A DNA stretch of 64,000 nucleotides, from positions 4,764,409 to 4,828,408 of the forward strand of contig CAVNZM010000012.1 in the NCBI GenBank assembly GCA_963693365.1, written 5' to 3'. Source of the DNA: Amoebidium appalachense. Its lineage: Eukaryota; Protista; Ichthyosporea. The notes below the pieces were generated by a model. It worked only from the letters and a program-made list of their open reading frames with translations. It searched no databases and had not been told where the DNA came from. The stretch's first letter is position 1. Every line of letters starts with the position of its first letter. Of this stretch, positions 32,403-44,260 are shown one piece after another. The translations under genes and the position numbers were made by a program.

Positions 32403-33939
32403 CTTGTCTCAACAGTCGCTTGATCGTAGCGTTGTACTGGGCCCGTAACCGTAACTTAGAGGTTTCTCTGTGAGACTTCATTATTTGCTGACTTACATTG
32501 ACTGGCCCACCGGGACCTTTATATACTTGTGGTCTGGCTCACTGGAATGTTACTTACTATTCCCGATTGGTCTACCCGCCGCTATGGATCTAGTCGCTAC
32601 CAATCAGAACACTCCAACAGAATCTTCTAGACTCCTCTAGATCTATCCTGATCTATCGTGAACCTATCCACCAGTTTATCCCGAATATCTCGAATATTCC
32701 CGATCACTAGTGCTACGCTAACGCAGGGCATACCGGATGGCTATCCTGTTCGACACACAGCACGCGGGTTGCCCTCACCAATCTCCGCAGGTAGCGGTCC
32801 TTGAAGTGGCTACGGTAGTCTGTGGGTGGGAGTAGCAGGTTGCACACCCCACAGCCGGAAGATCTCGACCTCCCCGGGGTCGTGTTGCCGACCCCCACCA
32901 CCTCCTCCGGGGTCAGCAGGTGGCACAGCACGTGGTGGTCCTTGTGATCCATGAGGTTGCTCCCCTTGCCCAGCACCTTGCGTGTGTGCTCGGTGGGCAG
33001 GTTGGTCTGCTCGTTGCCATTGGCTGCCTTCTTCACCCACATCACCATGCTGTACAGCAGGCACAGCTGGGCACAGTTGGGGCCGTAGGCAAAGCCGTGA
33101 AGCTGCTGGTGGTCTAGGCGGGTCTCCCCGGTCACCTGTGGGTCGTCGGTGGTGCAGGCATCCTGCACCAGGGCGGTCACATCCACCACGGCCTTGGCCT
33201 CCACCAGATCCCGCAGCCACTGTGCACCCACCCCCGTGGTGGTGGACAGGGACCCACCGGCACCCCTCCTCACCATGTCCTTGGGCCGGGCCACTGTCAG
33301 ATGCACGCTGGATCGGCCGTCCATGAAGGTCTCGGCTGCACTCTGGGTACGTTGACGTATGTTCTCCATCAGCTTGAGCACCACAGCGTTGACATCACCA
33401 TTGAACACGTCCATGGGGCCGGCAGTAAACACACGACGGTTGGTGACGTCGGCATTGGGGTTGCCATCATCCCCCACCTGGTTGTCCACACCGTTGGCCT
33501 GCACGTGCAGGCTGATGATACGCACAATCAGCATGTCCCCCGCCTGCACATCTGCACGGGCAATGGCATCGAACAGCATGGCTGCAAAGAACTGGGGGAA
33601 CTCAGTGACGTCAAGGGTGCGCAGGGGTTGGTACTCGAGGGTGTGGCCGCGTACACCCAGTCCCCGTGCCTGCATGTCATCGACACGGGAACGCAGCCGC
33701 CAGTTGCCCTCGGCGGGCATGGCAATGATCTGGGGGTCATCGGGGTGGTTGATGGGGGCGGGGGCGGGGGGGAGGCCGGGGAGGGGTGGGGGTGGGGGTG
33801 GTGGGGCCAACATGGCCTGCAGAAACGGGTGGGCTTGCAGGACCTGCTGCGGGTCGGCATCCAGTGCCCGCAACAGGTCATCTTCAAACTCTTCCTGGCT
33901 CTCTCTGAACATCTTGAATGGTAACCTTAGATCTCAGGC

Positions 33940-34370
33940 TGTAATCTTATAAATCTCAAGTATCAATCTAATTAATAATTACTAGGCTAAGCCTGGCTGT
34001 GCCAGAGCAACGCCTCAATAAAGAACAGTATGCAAAATAACAAAGGCCCTGTGCCTGTGCAATAAATCTCCAAAGCAAACATCTTGCAAAAAACAACGTC
34101 GGTACGTGTTTGTGTGTGTGTGTGTGTGTGTGGCCGCGGTGACCGCCTGTGTACCTAAGGCGTCCAATAAGAGACCCAGATTGACCGATCCGGGCGCTCA
34201 TTGGACGCCTTGGGGATGGAATGTGCCGTCCTTAATGCTCATTGGACGCCTTGTGCGGCAATTTGCTTTTTTGAGCCGAATTATCATTGGCCGCCCGCGC
34301 ATCCGTAATACCATTGGACGCCTTGTACATGGAATTCAGAATTCGAATTCCCATTGGACGCCTTGCGCAA
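33940..34370 (-). promoter_or_regulatory. Putative pPolB promoter with clustered CCAAT boxes
   Basis: CATTGGACGCCTT at ~34199, ~34240, ~34313 and ~34352, an inverted AAGGCGTCCAAT at ~34157, and TTTATAA on the minus strand ~35 nt before the ATG. Confidence 0.65.
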
Positions 34371-34636
34371 ACCTTCGCATTCCTTTGATCCGCACTTGTG
34401 TACATGTACGCACCACATGTACGCGTACACGTACGCGTACACGTGACACGCCCTCTCTCTCTTTAATTATCTAATCATTTAATTAAAACCACGTGATCTG
34501 CACGTGTTTTACACGCACACACACACACACAGTGTGTGCACGTGCTCATGTACATATATCCACCCATATCACATATCCCATATCGCGATATGTGTACACA
34601 GATATCACATATCTCATGTCCACATATCCATATTTT

Positions 34637-34703
34637 GGGGGCTGCGGGACCGCGTGAATGTGACGTCACTTGTGACGTCACCATTCACGGGGTGCCGCGC
34701 CCC
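34637..34703. repeat. Imperfect hairpin with two TGACGTCA (CRE/ATF) sites, probable subterminal region of the provirus
   Basis: cgtgaatg-tgacgtcac pairs with gtgacgtcac-cattcacg, with outer GC-rich arms. Confidence 0.7.
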
Positions 34704-34954
34704 TAATTGTAGTGATGTAACTCCAGATTTTCGGAGTTTCATCAGAGATAGAAGACATGTGCTGTGTCCAACAATTTCATTTCAAAGTGGGGGCCTTCTC
34801 TTTTCGTTCCGTATTACACAGTGTTGAGACGATACTAGACTCAGTCTCCTACTTACATGTACATATTCTTACCTTTATACGACTCTAAAATTGTTGTGAA
34901 GAGAAAAAAACGAAGGGAAAAAAGGATCATCATGATAACGAGGGGAAGGGGAGG

Positions 34955-34994
<40 letters not shown>

Positions 34995-35224
34995 CTTATT
35001 CACTGAAACACTTCTGTATCTTTTTAAGGCCAACAAAACGGTATCAACCACAACACGTGTTATGTTTTACATATATCAGACTGTATTTCTTTTTGCCATA
35101 GTATTGATGGAAAATGTTGATGCTATTTATCAACGTTGTTGAGTCCCACTTTGCGTGCGTCACCATCTATTCAAGTTAGATTGATCTGTGCTGGGGCCCG
35201 GGAGCTCCAGAGAGCTAAAGAAAG

Positions 35225-35261
35225 GGAGAGAGGCGAGAGAAAGAGAGAGTCGAGAGACAGA

Positions 35262-35352
<91 letters not shown>

Positions 35353-35356
35353 AGGG

Positions 35357-35438
<82 letters not shown>

Positions 35439-35470
35439 AGGTATATGGAGAGAAGGAGAGAGAGGGAGAG
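35225..35470. repeat. (GA)n microsatellite
   Basis: Direct inspection. Confidence 0.95.
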
Positions 35471-35835
35471 ACAACCCACACAAACACATATGCACATATA
35501 TATTATAAAACACGAAGCATCACATACACACATCTGCGCGTGCGCGCACGCCCCTCATAAGACATAAGCCCGCAAGATACGGAGCCAACTCCCGAGGTTG
35601 GATTGCGCAAACAGTGCCCCGCCAAATGACATGGTACGAAAAATACCATAACCCGAAACCCAAAATACATCGGGGCTTGAAAAAATACCATCAAAATTTT
35701 CTGAATTTTCGGGCTTGGTGACGCCAAAGCTAATGAGCTGCTAATCAACCATTTGGCCAATCGATTTCTTAGCTCGCACTTTCATGCTGAGCCAATCACA
35801 CACATCCCTCGCTCGCACATGGTTGTTCATGATGG

Positions 35836-38800
35836 TGTAAACAGTTGGACTAGTTAGGATAAGGCAGAGTACTACTGAATCAAAATAAAGACAGAGAACG
35901 GGTAGAAAGGCACACGCGGCCAGGTTGCTTTTACTATGGGCCGACTCAGTCTGTCTCAGACTTCACTGATGTGATCCCCGTACTGGGACGGCTTTCTTAT
36001 ATAGCCCCCAGGTTTCGGATCAAGGCCCAGGATTGGTTCATCCGCGGCCAGCGCGGGTGGCAACATGCCATTCGTGATTCTGGTGCGGTCCGAGCCAGTC
36101 AGACCTTTGTCCTATTTATGCAAACCTCTTATTGGTTCACTTCGTTTATGTGGTATGCAGCTGAAGAACCATATATGGTTCAATTCTTAGGTCAGAGTGA
36201 GTCCTATTGGTGCGGACATAATATTTATGTGATATTCATGACAAAGCACGAATCGTGTGCTAGTAGATCACATTCTTTAGTAAACATGTACAGTTCATGT
36301 GTACAGTTGTTTACACTCCCCCCCTTGTCGGGAGCCTGGTGGTGTCGTTAGACAAGCAAACCACCAGGCTGAGAGGCGATAAACAACCTTCAGCGAGAAT
36401 TCTTGTGTGTGCCGAGCTGCTGGACAGAACAGAGCAAGGACGGTGGAATAGAGTTGTGCACGTCTATGAGCACTTCTTCATTTGCCAAAACGTAAATTCA
36501 TGCAGCATTCTTCTGTGATTTCATTTTCGTGGCGAAGATTGTTGCAGAGTGTGCGTGCGAATAATTCGCTAAGCCTTCGTCTCTGTGCTTGGCTTTTCTG
36601 TAGAAGTAGTATTTTCCTTTTTGGGAATTTTTCCTTTTTAGGATACTCCCGCAGATTCGTTTTCAATTGCGAGTAATTTGGTTGTGTGGATGAATGATCA
36701 TACCAAACATTCGATAATGAATATAACTCGAGCCTTAGGTCACTTCGTAGCTCAGGTAGTGGTGGATAGCTTCAAGGCTTAGCCGCTGCTCCTTATCCCG
36801 GTTCTACCTTAAGACTGTAAGGCGAGTCACCATGGCCGGAAAAGCCACTTCTTTCATGAACAAAGAGCACTTCTTTCCTTTCAGCTTTAACCCTGCATCA
36901 TCGGAGCTGGGAAAAACAGATTAAAAATGCCCAAGTGTTCTTCGTTGGGCGACATAAAGAAATATATCACCCGTCAGAACCAGTAAAAGCCCGGTTCATA
37001 ATTCATAAGAAGAGGGTAGGCAAAGCAAGCCTCCTTCAGAAAACACATGCTTCCATTCGTGAGCAGTTTTCGTATCCCATTTGCCAGCCATTTTCGTTGA
37101 GCAGGGGGATTCCAGGCATAATACATTCTTCTGGAGGCTTGGCCTAAAAAGAAAAGTCGTCGCAGTCGCCCTTTCTTTTGTAACCAACTTCGTGAGCGCG
37201 CTTCGTGTTTTCATATCCTCCAGTGCAGGTCTGGATGGTGCCCCATCCTCTGCTTCATTTGTAGGTGGCCCTACTGTTGGTTCTGTTCGTTGTGTGGAAA
37301 ACCAAAACCATTCGTATTCGTGGAACTGCTTTGTGCTGTGCTTTCTTTCGTGTTGGTGTTCATGAAGTTACCCCGTTCACACACCCTACTTCTTACATAC
37401 ATTAGATGTAAGTAGCTGCCTGGTGAGTGTGTGGTTCGTGTTCGTGGCATTCTTCTGTTCCTTCGTGAGAAGAATATTCGTTTTAGCAGAGGTGCCCAAT
37501 AAGGCAGCTTGTGGGGTTGTCTCCCGCATGTGCCCATTGGTGGGGTATGCACGTGCTAAATTGTTACAGTGTCATCATATTGCAAGGGAATAACATGGTC
37601 ACCTCCGTACCAGGGCCTAGTAGGTACACATGATGGTCCGATGTGTTAGTCAACAACACCTTGCATTCGTATTCGTATTTGTCTTCCACGTCACTTTCTT
37701 CAGTAGTGAAGGAGGGTATTCGTAATTCGAAACTGAAAGGCTTCCAGCCAAAATACTGACACTGTATGATGGGGTTGTGAGGGAGCGGTGCCCATACCAC
37801 ATTCTTTTGTTCTGGTGGGGGTGTGCCGGCAGCTAGTGCAAGGCTTGACAGTGTAATTCGTATGTTACAGTATTGCCACAGACTGGCAAGTACCATTAAA
37901 TTCGTACCCCACACCTTCGTTTGTCTTTCACATGCACGAACAAAAGTTCTGCATCGACTTTATTAACAACATGCCTTCTGTGCACCAAGAGTGCAAATTC
38001 GTTTGGGCATGGCACCTGGAAGGGCCATACATGAGGCATATGTTCGTAATGTGATTCATGCGCATGTTGTGCATCCTGTGCGCTAAACTATGGGGCATGC
38101 TGTATTCGACAACAGCAAGGGATTTGAAGCATGCATGCAACACTACTTTCATAAGATCTTAGGTCCTACATGCTATAGCAACAGCGACTATCTTCTTCTT
38201 TAAGTGCATTTGTGCTGAAAGTGGCCGTGCATCTGAGTTGCGAGTGTGGACGTGCACGCAGTGGCATGGACACGATGACAGTGTGCAATAGCGCAATGCA
38301 CGCAAGAGCAACAGTTTCCTTGTCTTCGTAACATAGCGGGGGCCGTGTGCATTGCAACCTAAGCAGTGTTGTGCATTCGTTCTTTTTCATTTTCGTGTTT
38401 CCAGTTCATTTTGCTTTCGTTTTTCGTTTTTTGTCGTTTGATAACTTCGTTACTTCGTTTTGTTTTCGTGTTGCATTCATTTCGTATTTCCTCTATGCAA
38501 TCGTTTGTCGTTAATTCTTTATTTCATTGCGTATTCGTGATGGTTCGTTTTTCGTTGGTTCATTGCTTCGTTAGCAATTCTTTATTCGTTTGTTCGTGTA
38601 TTCGTTGTTTCGTTGTGTATTCGTTTTTCTTCACATTTTTGATGTGTCGTAGCAAAAGAAGTTTTACATGCTTTCAATTCTTTCCGTGTAGGTGTTCTGG
38701 CCACTTCAAACTTGTAGGTGTATATATTCTAAGCCGGACAAGGAAAGATGTGCCTATCATCGGGGTAAAAAGGATTGTGATCGGCCATGGGAGATTCTTG

Positions 38801-39367
38801 AGCTGATTGAAAGATGTGAGATTCTTGAACTGATTGAAAGATGTGAGATTCGAAGGATGCGAGATTCTTGAACTGCGCGGTCGCCAATGTAAACAGTTGG
38901 ACTAGTTAGGATAAGGCAGAGTACAACTGAATCAAAATAAAGACAGAGAACGGGTAGAAAGGCACACGCGGCCAGGTTGCTTTTACTATGGGCCGACTCA
39001 GTCTGTCTCAGACTTCACTGATGTGATCCCCGTACTGGGACGGCTTTCTTATATAGCCCCCAGGTTTCGGATCAAGGCCCAGGATTGGTTCATCCGCGGC
39101 CAGCGCGGGTGGCAACATGCCATTCGTGATTCTGGTGCGGTCCGAGCCAGTCAGACCTTTGTCCTATTTATGCAAACCTCTTATTGGTTCACTTCGTTTA
39201 TGTGGTATGCAGCTGAAGAACCATATATGGTTCAATTCTTAGGTCAGAGTGAGTCCTATTGGTGCGGACATAATATTTATGTGATATTCATGACAAAGCA
39301 CGAATCGTGTGCTAGTAGATCACATTCTTTAGTAAACATGTACAGTTCATGTGTACAGTTGTTTACA
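35836..39367 (-). mobile_element. Non-autonomous LTR retroelement (LARD/large TRIM-like)
   Basis: 480-bp near-identical LTRs at 35836-36315 and 38888-39367 (TGTAAACA...TGTTTACA), TSD GATGG, PBS TGGCGACCGCG, G-rich PPT; no gag/pol ORF in the 2.57-kb interior. Confidence 0.95.
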
Positions 39368-40879
39368 GATGGCTTTCGAAAATCCGAAAGCACGCTTCCG
39401 GAACTCAGTTATATAGAAAAAGGGTCCTATAGAAAAATAAAAAGAGGCGTATAAACATGGCTAAAGCTGTTAGAAAACGTTTCTATGTCATCACATAATA
39501 CTTGGACACAGCTTTTTCCATACTTTTGAGCCTTTTCCGCCCAACCAGCACCTCTTGAAAACATATATATGGCCCACTCGGGTTAGTAGGGTTAAGTGGA
39601 TCTTACTAGTGGCCTGGTGCCCTACTAGCATCCCCTAGGATCTTGCCGCGAGTCCGGGTGGTGAATGATGGCCACTGTAGTGGCATGTACATATTTATAA
39701 ATCAGGGTGCAAGGCAAACCGTTCATTGAGAAACTATAGCAATGTCAGATTCAAGCGCATGCCATTGTACTGAGTGTACTCACACACACACATGCATCAC
39801 ACACACACAGGTACACACACGTACACATGCTGCACACACACACATAAACTCACACACACACACACACACATATGTCCGTGCAGAGACTGGTGTTACACGG
39901 CACACAAAGGCACATGTACATACACACACATGAGACACGCCAGAGCTATACCAAAGGCACACACCCACGCACCGTTACACACACTGCAGTGCACACACAC
40001 ACACACGTGTACCACAGCGCACACGTACGCGTACGCACACACACGCACACACATTGGCAGTAGACACACACGTACACAAGTATACGACGTACACACGTAC
40101 ACCGCGGGGGGGGGGGGGGGTAAAAATATACCCCCCCCCTCGGGGGGTAAAAATATACCCCCCGTGGCGTGTGGCACGGTTAGGGTCATCCGTAGGCCCG
40201 AAATGCCCCTGGCGTCAAAACAGTAATTTCACAGCCTCCTGCCGCACCCTGTGATTATCATTGAAGGTGCGCGCACTTCTTGTGAAGAGAGGTGATTGGT
40301 TACTCCCACCTTTTCACTTCAGCGAATCAGGAGGGTTTCTCGCACAACCGCGGCGAGGATGGTTCATCCAATCCAAAGGTGAGCAATCACTGACTCATGA
40401 ACATGCATGCGGCAATCATCAACTTCAGAAAAATGTGGGTGCCTTCCAGAAAGTTAAAAGAAAGCCCTATGAAAATATATAGAGAAGATACTGTATTGTT
40501 GGAGAGAAAAGCCATGCTCATGAAAGAAAGGGTTTACAAATGACGCAGACACATATTTCTCGTTGGGGTTTACGCTGTTTACTAGTGTAACACTCGTTCA
40601 CGCCCGCTCGTATCATGTAGAAGGATGACGTCATTCCGCCTACATATTTTTAGGTCGGTAGTCTACTATTGTAGTAATCTGATAGGGGTTTACGCTGTTT
40701 ACTCGAGGCAAAGAGAACCAGTCTCAGGTATGGGGGGGGGGGTTTTGCTCGGAATATCCCCTCAGCGGTATATCATGATCACGTACATAGATGTCGGGTG
40801 GTGACTATATATCAGGGTTTACTTTCTCTACGAGACACCATAAAGACTACAAGGAGAAATCAATTAGTTGGGGTTCCCC

Positions 40880-40925
<46 letters not shown>

Positions 40926-40957
40926 GGGCTCCCCTCGGGACACTCGGTATCAGCTGG

Positions 40958-41014
<57 letters not shown>

Positions 41015-42316
41015 TGTGTGTGTGTGCGCGTGCGCTATAATTTTGTAGTGATGTGTTTCTCAAGCCAATCAATACATCTAATAAACAGGTCGTAGCTATA
41101 AAAGTGACTTCGAGTTTTGTTGATTTTCAAGTTATAGATTAGACAGACTATCTGCCTTATTCATTTCATTGGCTTCATGAATCATGAGCACCATCGCAGA
41201 AGATATCACGACGCATCAATTTTCCTCTGGTAATTTCGTTTATTATAGTTTTAAGGCCATTATTTTACAGAAAAATGTAATGAATTATATATTTTCTGAC
41301 ATATATATACATAAGGGTCCCAAAAATTAACATCAAATAACTTTGGCAGAGCACAGAGACCACCAAATTGGCACCAATTGGTCGAAATCAATAAAACACA
41401 ATTTCAAAATTACAAATTGGATACTTGGGATAACATATCACTTCTCAATGACAATCTTGATCAAGGTGCAATAGTATGCATTTGAACCTCGAACAGAAAA
41501 AAAGCCTTGCCTCAGAAACCATCACCCAAAACGGCTACACTGATATATTTGGTAATAATGACATAGAGAATAACTACACTTCTATTACACGTTCAGGTAT
41601 AAGCATATGACTCGTGCATATGAAGTTATGAATTGGCAGGTTTTAGTAGATACACTGGAGATACTTGGGGTGAAAATATTACACACACATCTTGGTGGGT
41701 GAGTCGATCGTGATTGGGCCCGTTGGGCCCGGCGCGCCCGGGGGCCAGCGGGGCTATACATGTAGGCTGGGCGCTGCCAGCGCTGGCATGCTCGAAGTTT
41801 CTCGCACGCGCAAGTCGGACTCCTTCACTTCGCTCGTTGCACACGTAGGCTAAACTCATCAAGTTCTCAGGTTATCCGAAAACGTATTTTTCTCCCTTTA
41901 TGACAACGTTAAAATTCCAGTAGTAGCAGTGGTGACGGTGTATACGCTCATGGTGGCTCTGCGGGTTTAAAGGTATCTGGGCAGTTATACACCTCTCCGA
42001 CCGCAAATGATTACCTTATACTTAGTAAATTAGTCGACATATTTTGTGCTCAGCAATAACTCGTTTCGTTTCAACTCAATAGGGGTTTCAAAGCTATATT
42101 TCATTTTGTTCTTGAATAACTAGTTCCATTCAACTCCTACGGTTTGACGTTTTATCCTTGTGTATGTTGAAGACCAACGCCTACATGTACATAACAACTG
42201 CCACGAATCCTGAAAGCCCCATTTTCCTCGTGTGCTCTTGAATTGGCATGCAACGTTAGCCTGCCACACTCGAAACCAGTAATTATCAATGAAAAACACA
42301 GAAATGGGTTCTCAAC

Positions 42317-44260
42317 ATGAACCCCGCCACACCAATTACCCAAACTAGCAGCCGGCCTGGGAGTCCCCATTTCCCACCGTGCACTTTCAGTAATCAAACG
42401 GACCCTCAAAACGCACACACGGTCGTACACACCACCCTTGACACAGTCCCACAACCAAACACTCGGGAAAATTCGATCTCAAATCCAGACAGTGGCCCAG
42501 ATATTTCGTGTTTTGTCCCGGTGAAAGATGATGCAAACATGGTCGCCGGCAGAACAACCACAACCGGACAGCCGGCGGGCACCTTAGCAAGCTGTAGCAA
42601 TCATTTCACAGAGATGTCTGGCATTGGGAGCACAAGCAACGTCCAGTTTGAACGCGCAACACACGCCGACGCCAGCGTTGTCATTCCTACTGACGGCGCA
42701 TCTTTAAATTTCTCCGACGAAAAATTCTCCCTCAAGGGAAAATGGAAGGTCGGGGTTGGCAAGGGGCCATTAACGTCGACCGCAACCGCAAATTCAAACA
42801 ATGATTCCACGGGCAGTAGAACGCGCCTACCGAAGCCACGACAGTCAAGTAGGGGACTTGTACATTTTGCAAGCCAGCCGGCAAATAGCGGGAGGACCAA
42901 CGCAAATTTGAGCAAGGAGACAGCAGAATACAAGGCACACAGGTTGAACAACGCGCGGTCGTATTTGAAACAGACCTTCATTGCCCACTTCATTCTCGTG
43001 CTTGTCGCAGTCGGAATCGAGACGATATTTTTGGAACTATGCATCAAGGTGTCGCCCACCTCGCCCTATGTCGCCTTAAGGTTGCAGGCGGACGCCGTCG
43101 CGTTGGCACAGGTCGCGTACTATGGTTCTTTAAGCGCGGAGGTGCAAAACTTGACCGAAATTACGCGGGCGAACGCGACGCTGGATCGCGAGGTTCGGAC
43201 CTTCCACGCGGTGATTGACAATTTGCGCATGCAGGGAAATCTCTTGTTCCAGTACGAGGTAATATTTACGCTCGCTAGCCTGGCTGCCCTACTACTCGTT
43301 GCACTCGTGGTCTACTGCTTCCGAACAAACCCGGTAGTGCGATCGCGTGGACGCCTGTATCTCATTCTCATTTTCGTCGTCTCCGTCCTGCTCGTTGCTA
43401 GCACCATTATCATGGCGGGCAGTTATCTAATGCAGTTTGGTCAGTTCCCAAACAATGTCGACTATCGCCTTCCCGAGGTTCTCCAGAGGGAGATTGTGTA
43501 TTCGGCAAACCTTGTTTTTGTCGGGTTTTCGACAGCAATTTTTTTTACGTCGGCCTATTTTTCAACCCTGGCCCTGCGTCAGCGTCTTATTTCGCATGTT
43601 TTCGGAAGTACTGTGCGCAAACTCACGGACAGCCACCTGTTGCTGTGGGCTTTCGGGTGGACATTGGTGTCTTTCACGATGGCCATCCCCTCGTACATCT
43701 ATTGGCGGGTGGTGGATTTTCACCACCCGCGCGGCACGCGGTACGGGGTGGCAGGGCTCTTCGCGTTTAGCATCGTCTTTTCCCCGCTTTTGTATTACTA
43801 CTTCTACCGTGCGCGTCGCGCGTCCATCAAATTCAACGATTTGTACTCCAACGTCCGGGCGTTTTTCGTCGTCGAGTTTACGTTTCTGATCCTTCTCATC
43901 TACAACATTTTCATCAACCCCAAGCACATCATTTCGGCGTGCGTCGGGTGGTCGTCAATGATTCGTTTTTGCGTGTCTGTGCAGGTCCTAGATCAGGTGT
44001 TTACGCAGGCGCTTCAGGCGAAATGGGACGTGCCGGTGCGCCCGCAGGCCCTTCAGGGGTTAAGCATGCACACGGTCACGAGATGGGTTAAGTGGACGTG
44101 GAGGTTGGAGGGGGCCCCGGGCGTAGAAACGGCGCAAACGGGGGGGTTGGATAACGGACAGTCGGTGCGGGAGGTAGATAACATCCGTGTGGAGGCCTTG
44201 GATGATGAGATTGCGGTGATGGAAAGTAGTGCTAGGAGGGCGCGGAGCGTGGATGTATAA
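42317..44260 (+). CDS. Host intronless multi-TM protein, class C (GABA-B-like) GPCR-related (647 aa)
   Basis: FRTNPVVRSRGRLYLILI after a TM helix and RRASIKFNDLYSN before a later TM helix resemble 7tm_3 motifs; disordered N-terminus plus one extra TM. Confidence 0.65.
   Translation: MNPATPITQTSSRPGSPHFPPCTFSNQTDPQNAHTVVHTTLDTVPQPNTRENSISNPDSGPDISCFVPVKDDANMVAGRTTTTGQPAGTLASCSNHFTEMSGIGSTSNVQFERATHADASVVIPTDGASLNFSDEKFSLKGKWKVGVGKGPLTSTATANSNNDSTGSRTRLPKPRQSSRGLVHFASQPANSGRTNANLSKETAEYKAHRLNNARSYLKQTFIAHFILVLVAVGIETIFLELCIKVSPTSPYVALRLQADAVALAQVAYYGSLSAEVQNLTEITRANATLDREVRTFHAVIDNLRMQGNLLFQYEVIFTLASLAALLLVALVVYCFRTNPVVRSRGRLYLILIFVVSVLLVASTIIMAGSYLMQFGQFPNNVDYRLPEVLQREIVYSANLVFVGFSTAIFFTSAYFSTLALRQRLISHVFGSTVRKLTDSHLLLWAFGWTLVSFTMAIPSYIYWRVVDFHHPRGTRYGVAGLFAFSIVFSPLLYYYFYRARRASIKFNDLYSNVRAFFVVEFTFLILLIYNIFINPKHIISACVGWSSMIRFCVSVQVLDQVFTQALQAKWDVPVRPQALQGLSMHTVTRWVKWTWRLEGAPGVETAQTGGLDNGQSVREVDNIRVEALDDEIAVMESSARRARSVDV

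Larger units (their letters stand above)
26817..32755 (-). mobile_element. Ty1/copia LTR retrotransposon inserted in pPolB
   Basis: 306-bp LTRs (32450-32755; 26817-28135 minus the nested TRIM), TSD CACAG (26812-26816 and 32756-32760), PBS GGTTACGGGCCCAG, purine tract next to 28135. Confidence 0.98.
22338..33912 (-). pseudogene. Protein-primed family B DNA polymerase (~1,880 aa reconstructed), split by the copia insertion and two frameshifts (~25565, ~24380)
   Basis: Removing 26817-32755 and one TSD joins ...RATRVL to WAKYDQPVPAEDG in frame. Exo I DFET, Exo II HNGSGFD, Exo III YCVKDV, GGRTE, DVTSLYP, KLFLNSLWGK, YMDTDS, KTY and KGI are all present. Confidence 0.95.

Noticed and set aside
39570-39596. 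GGGTTAGTAGGG-TTAA as a piggyBac-like end
   Set aside because: No partner inverted end or transposase found in the window.
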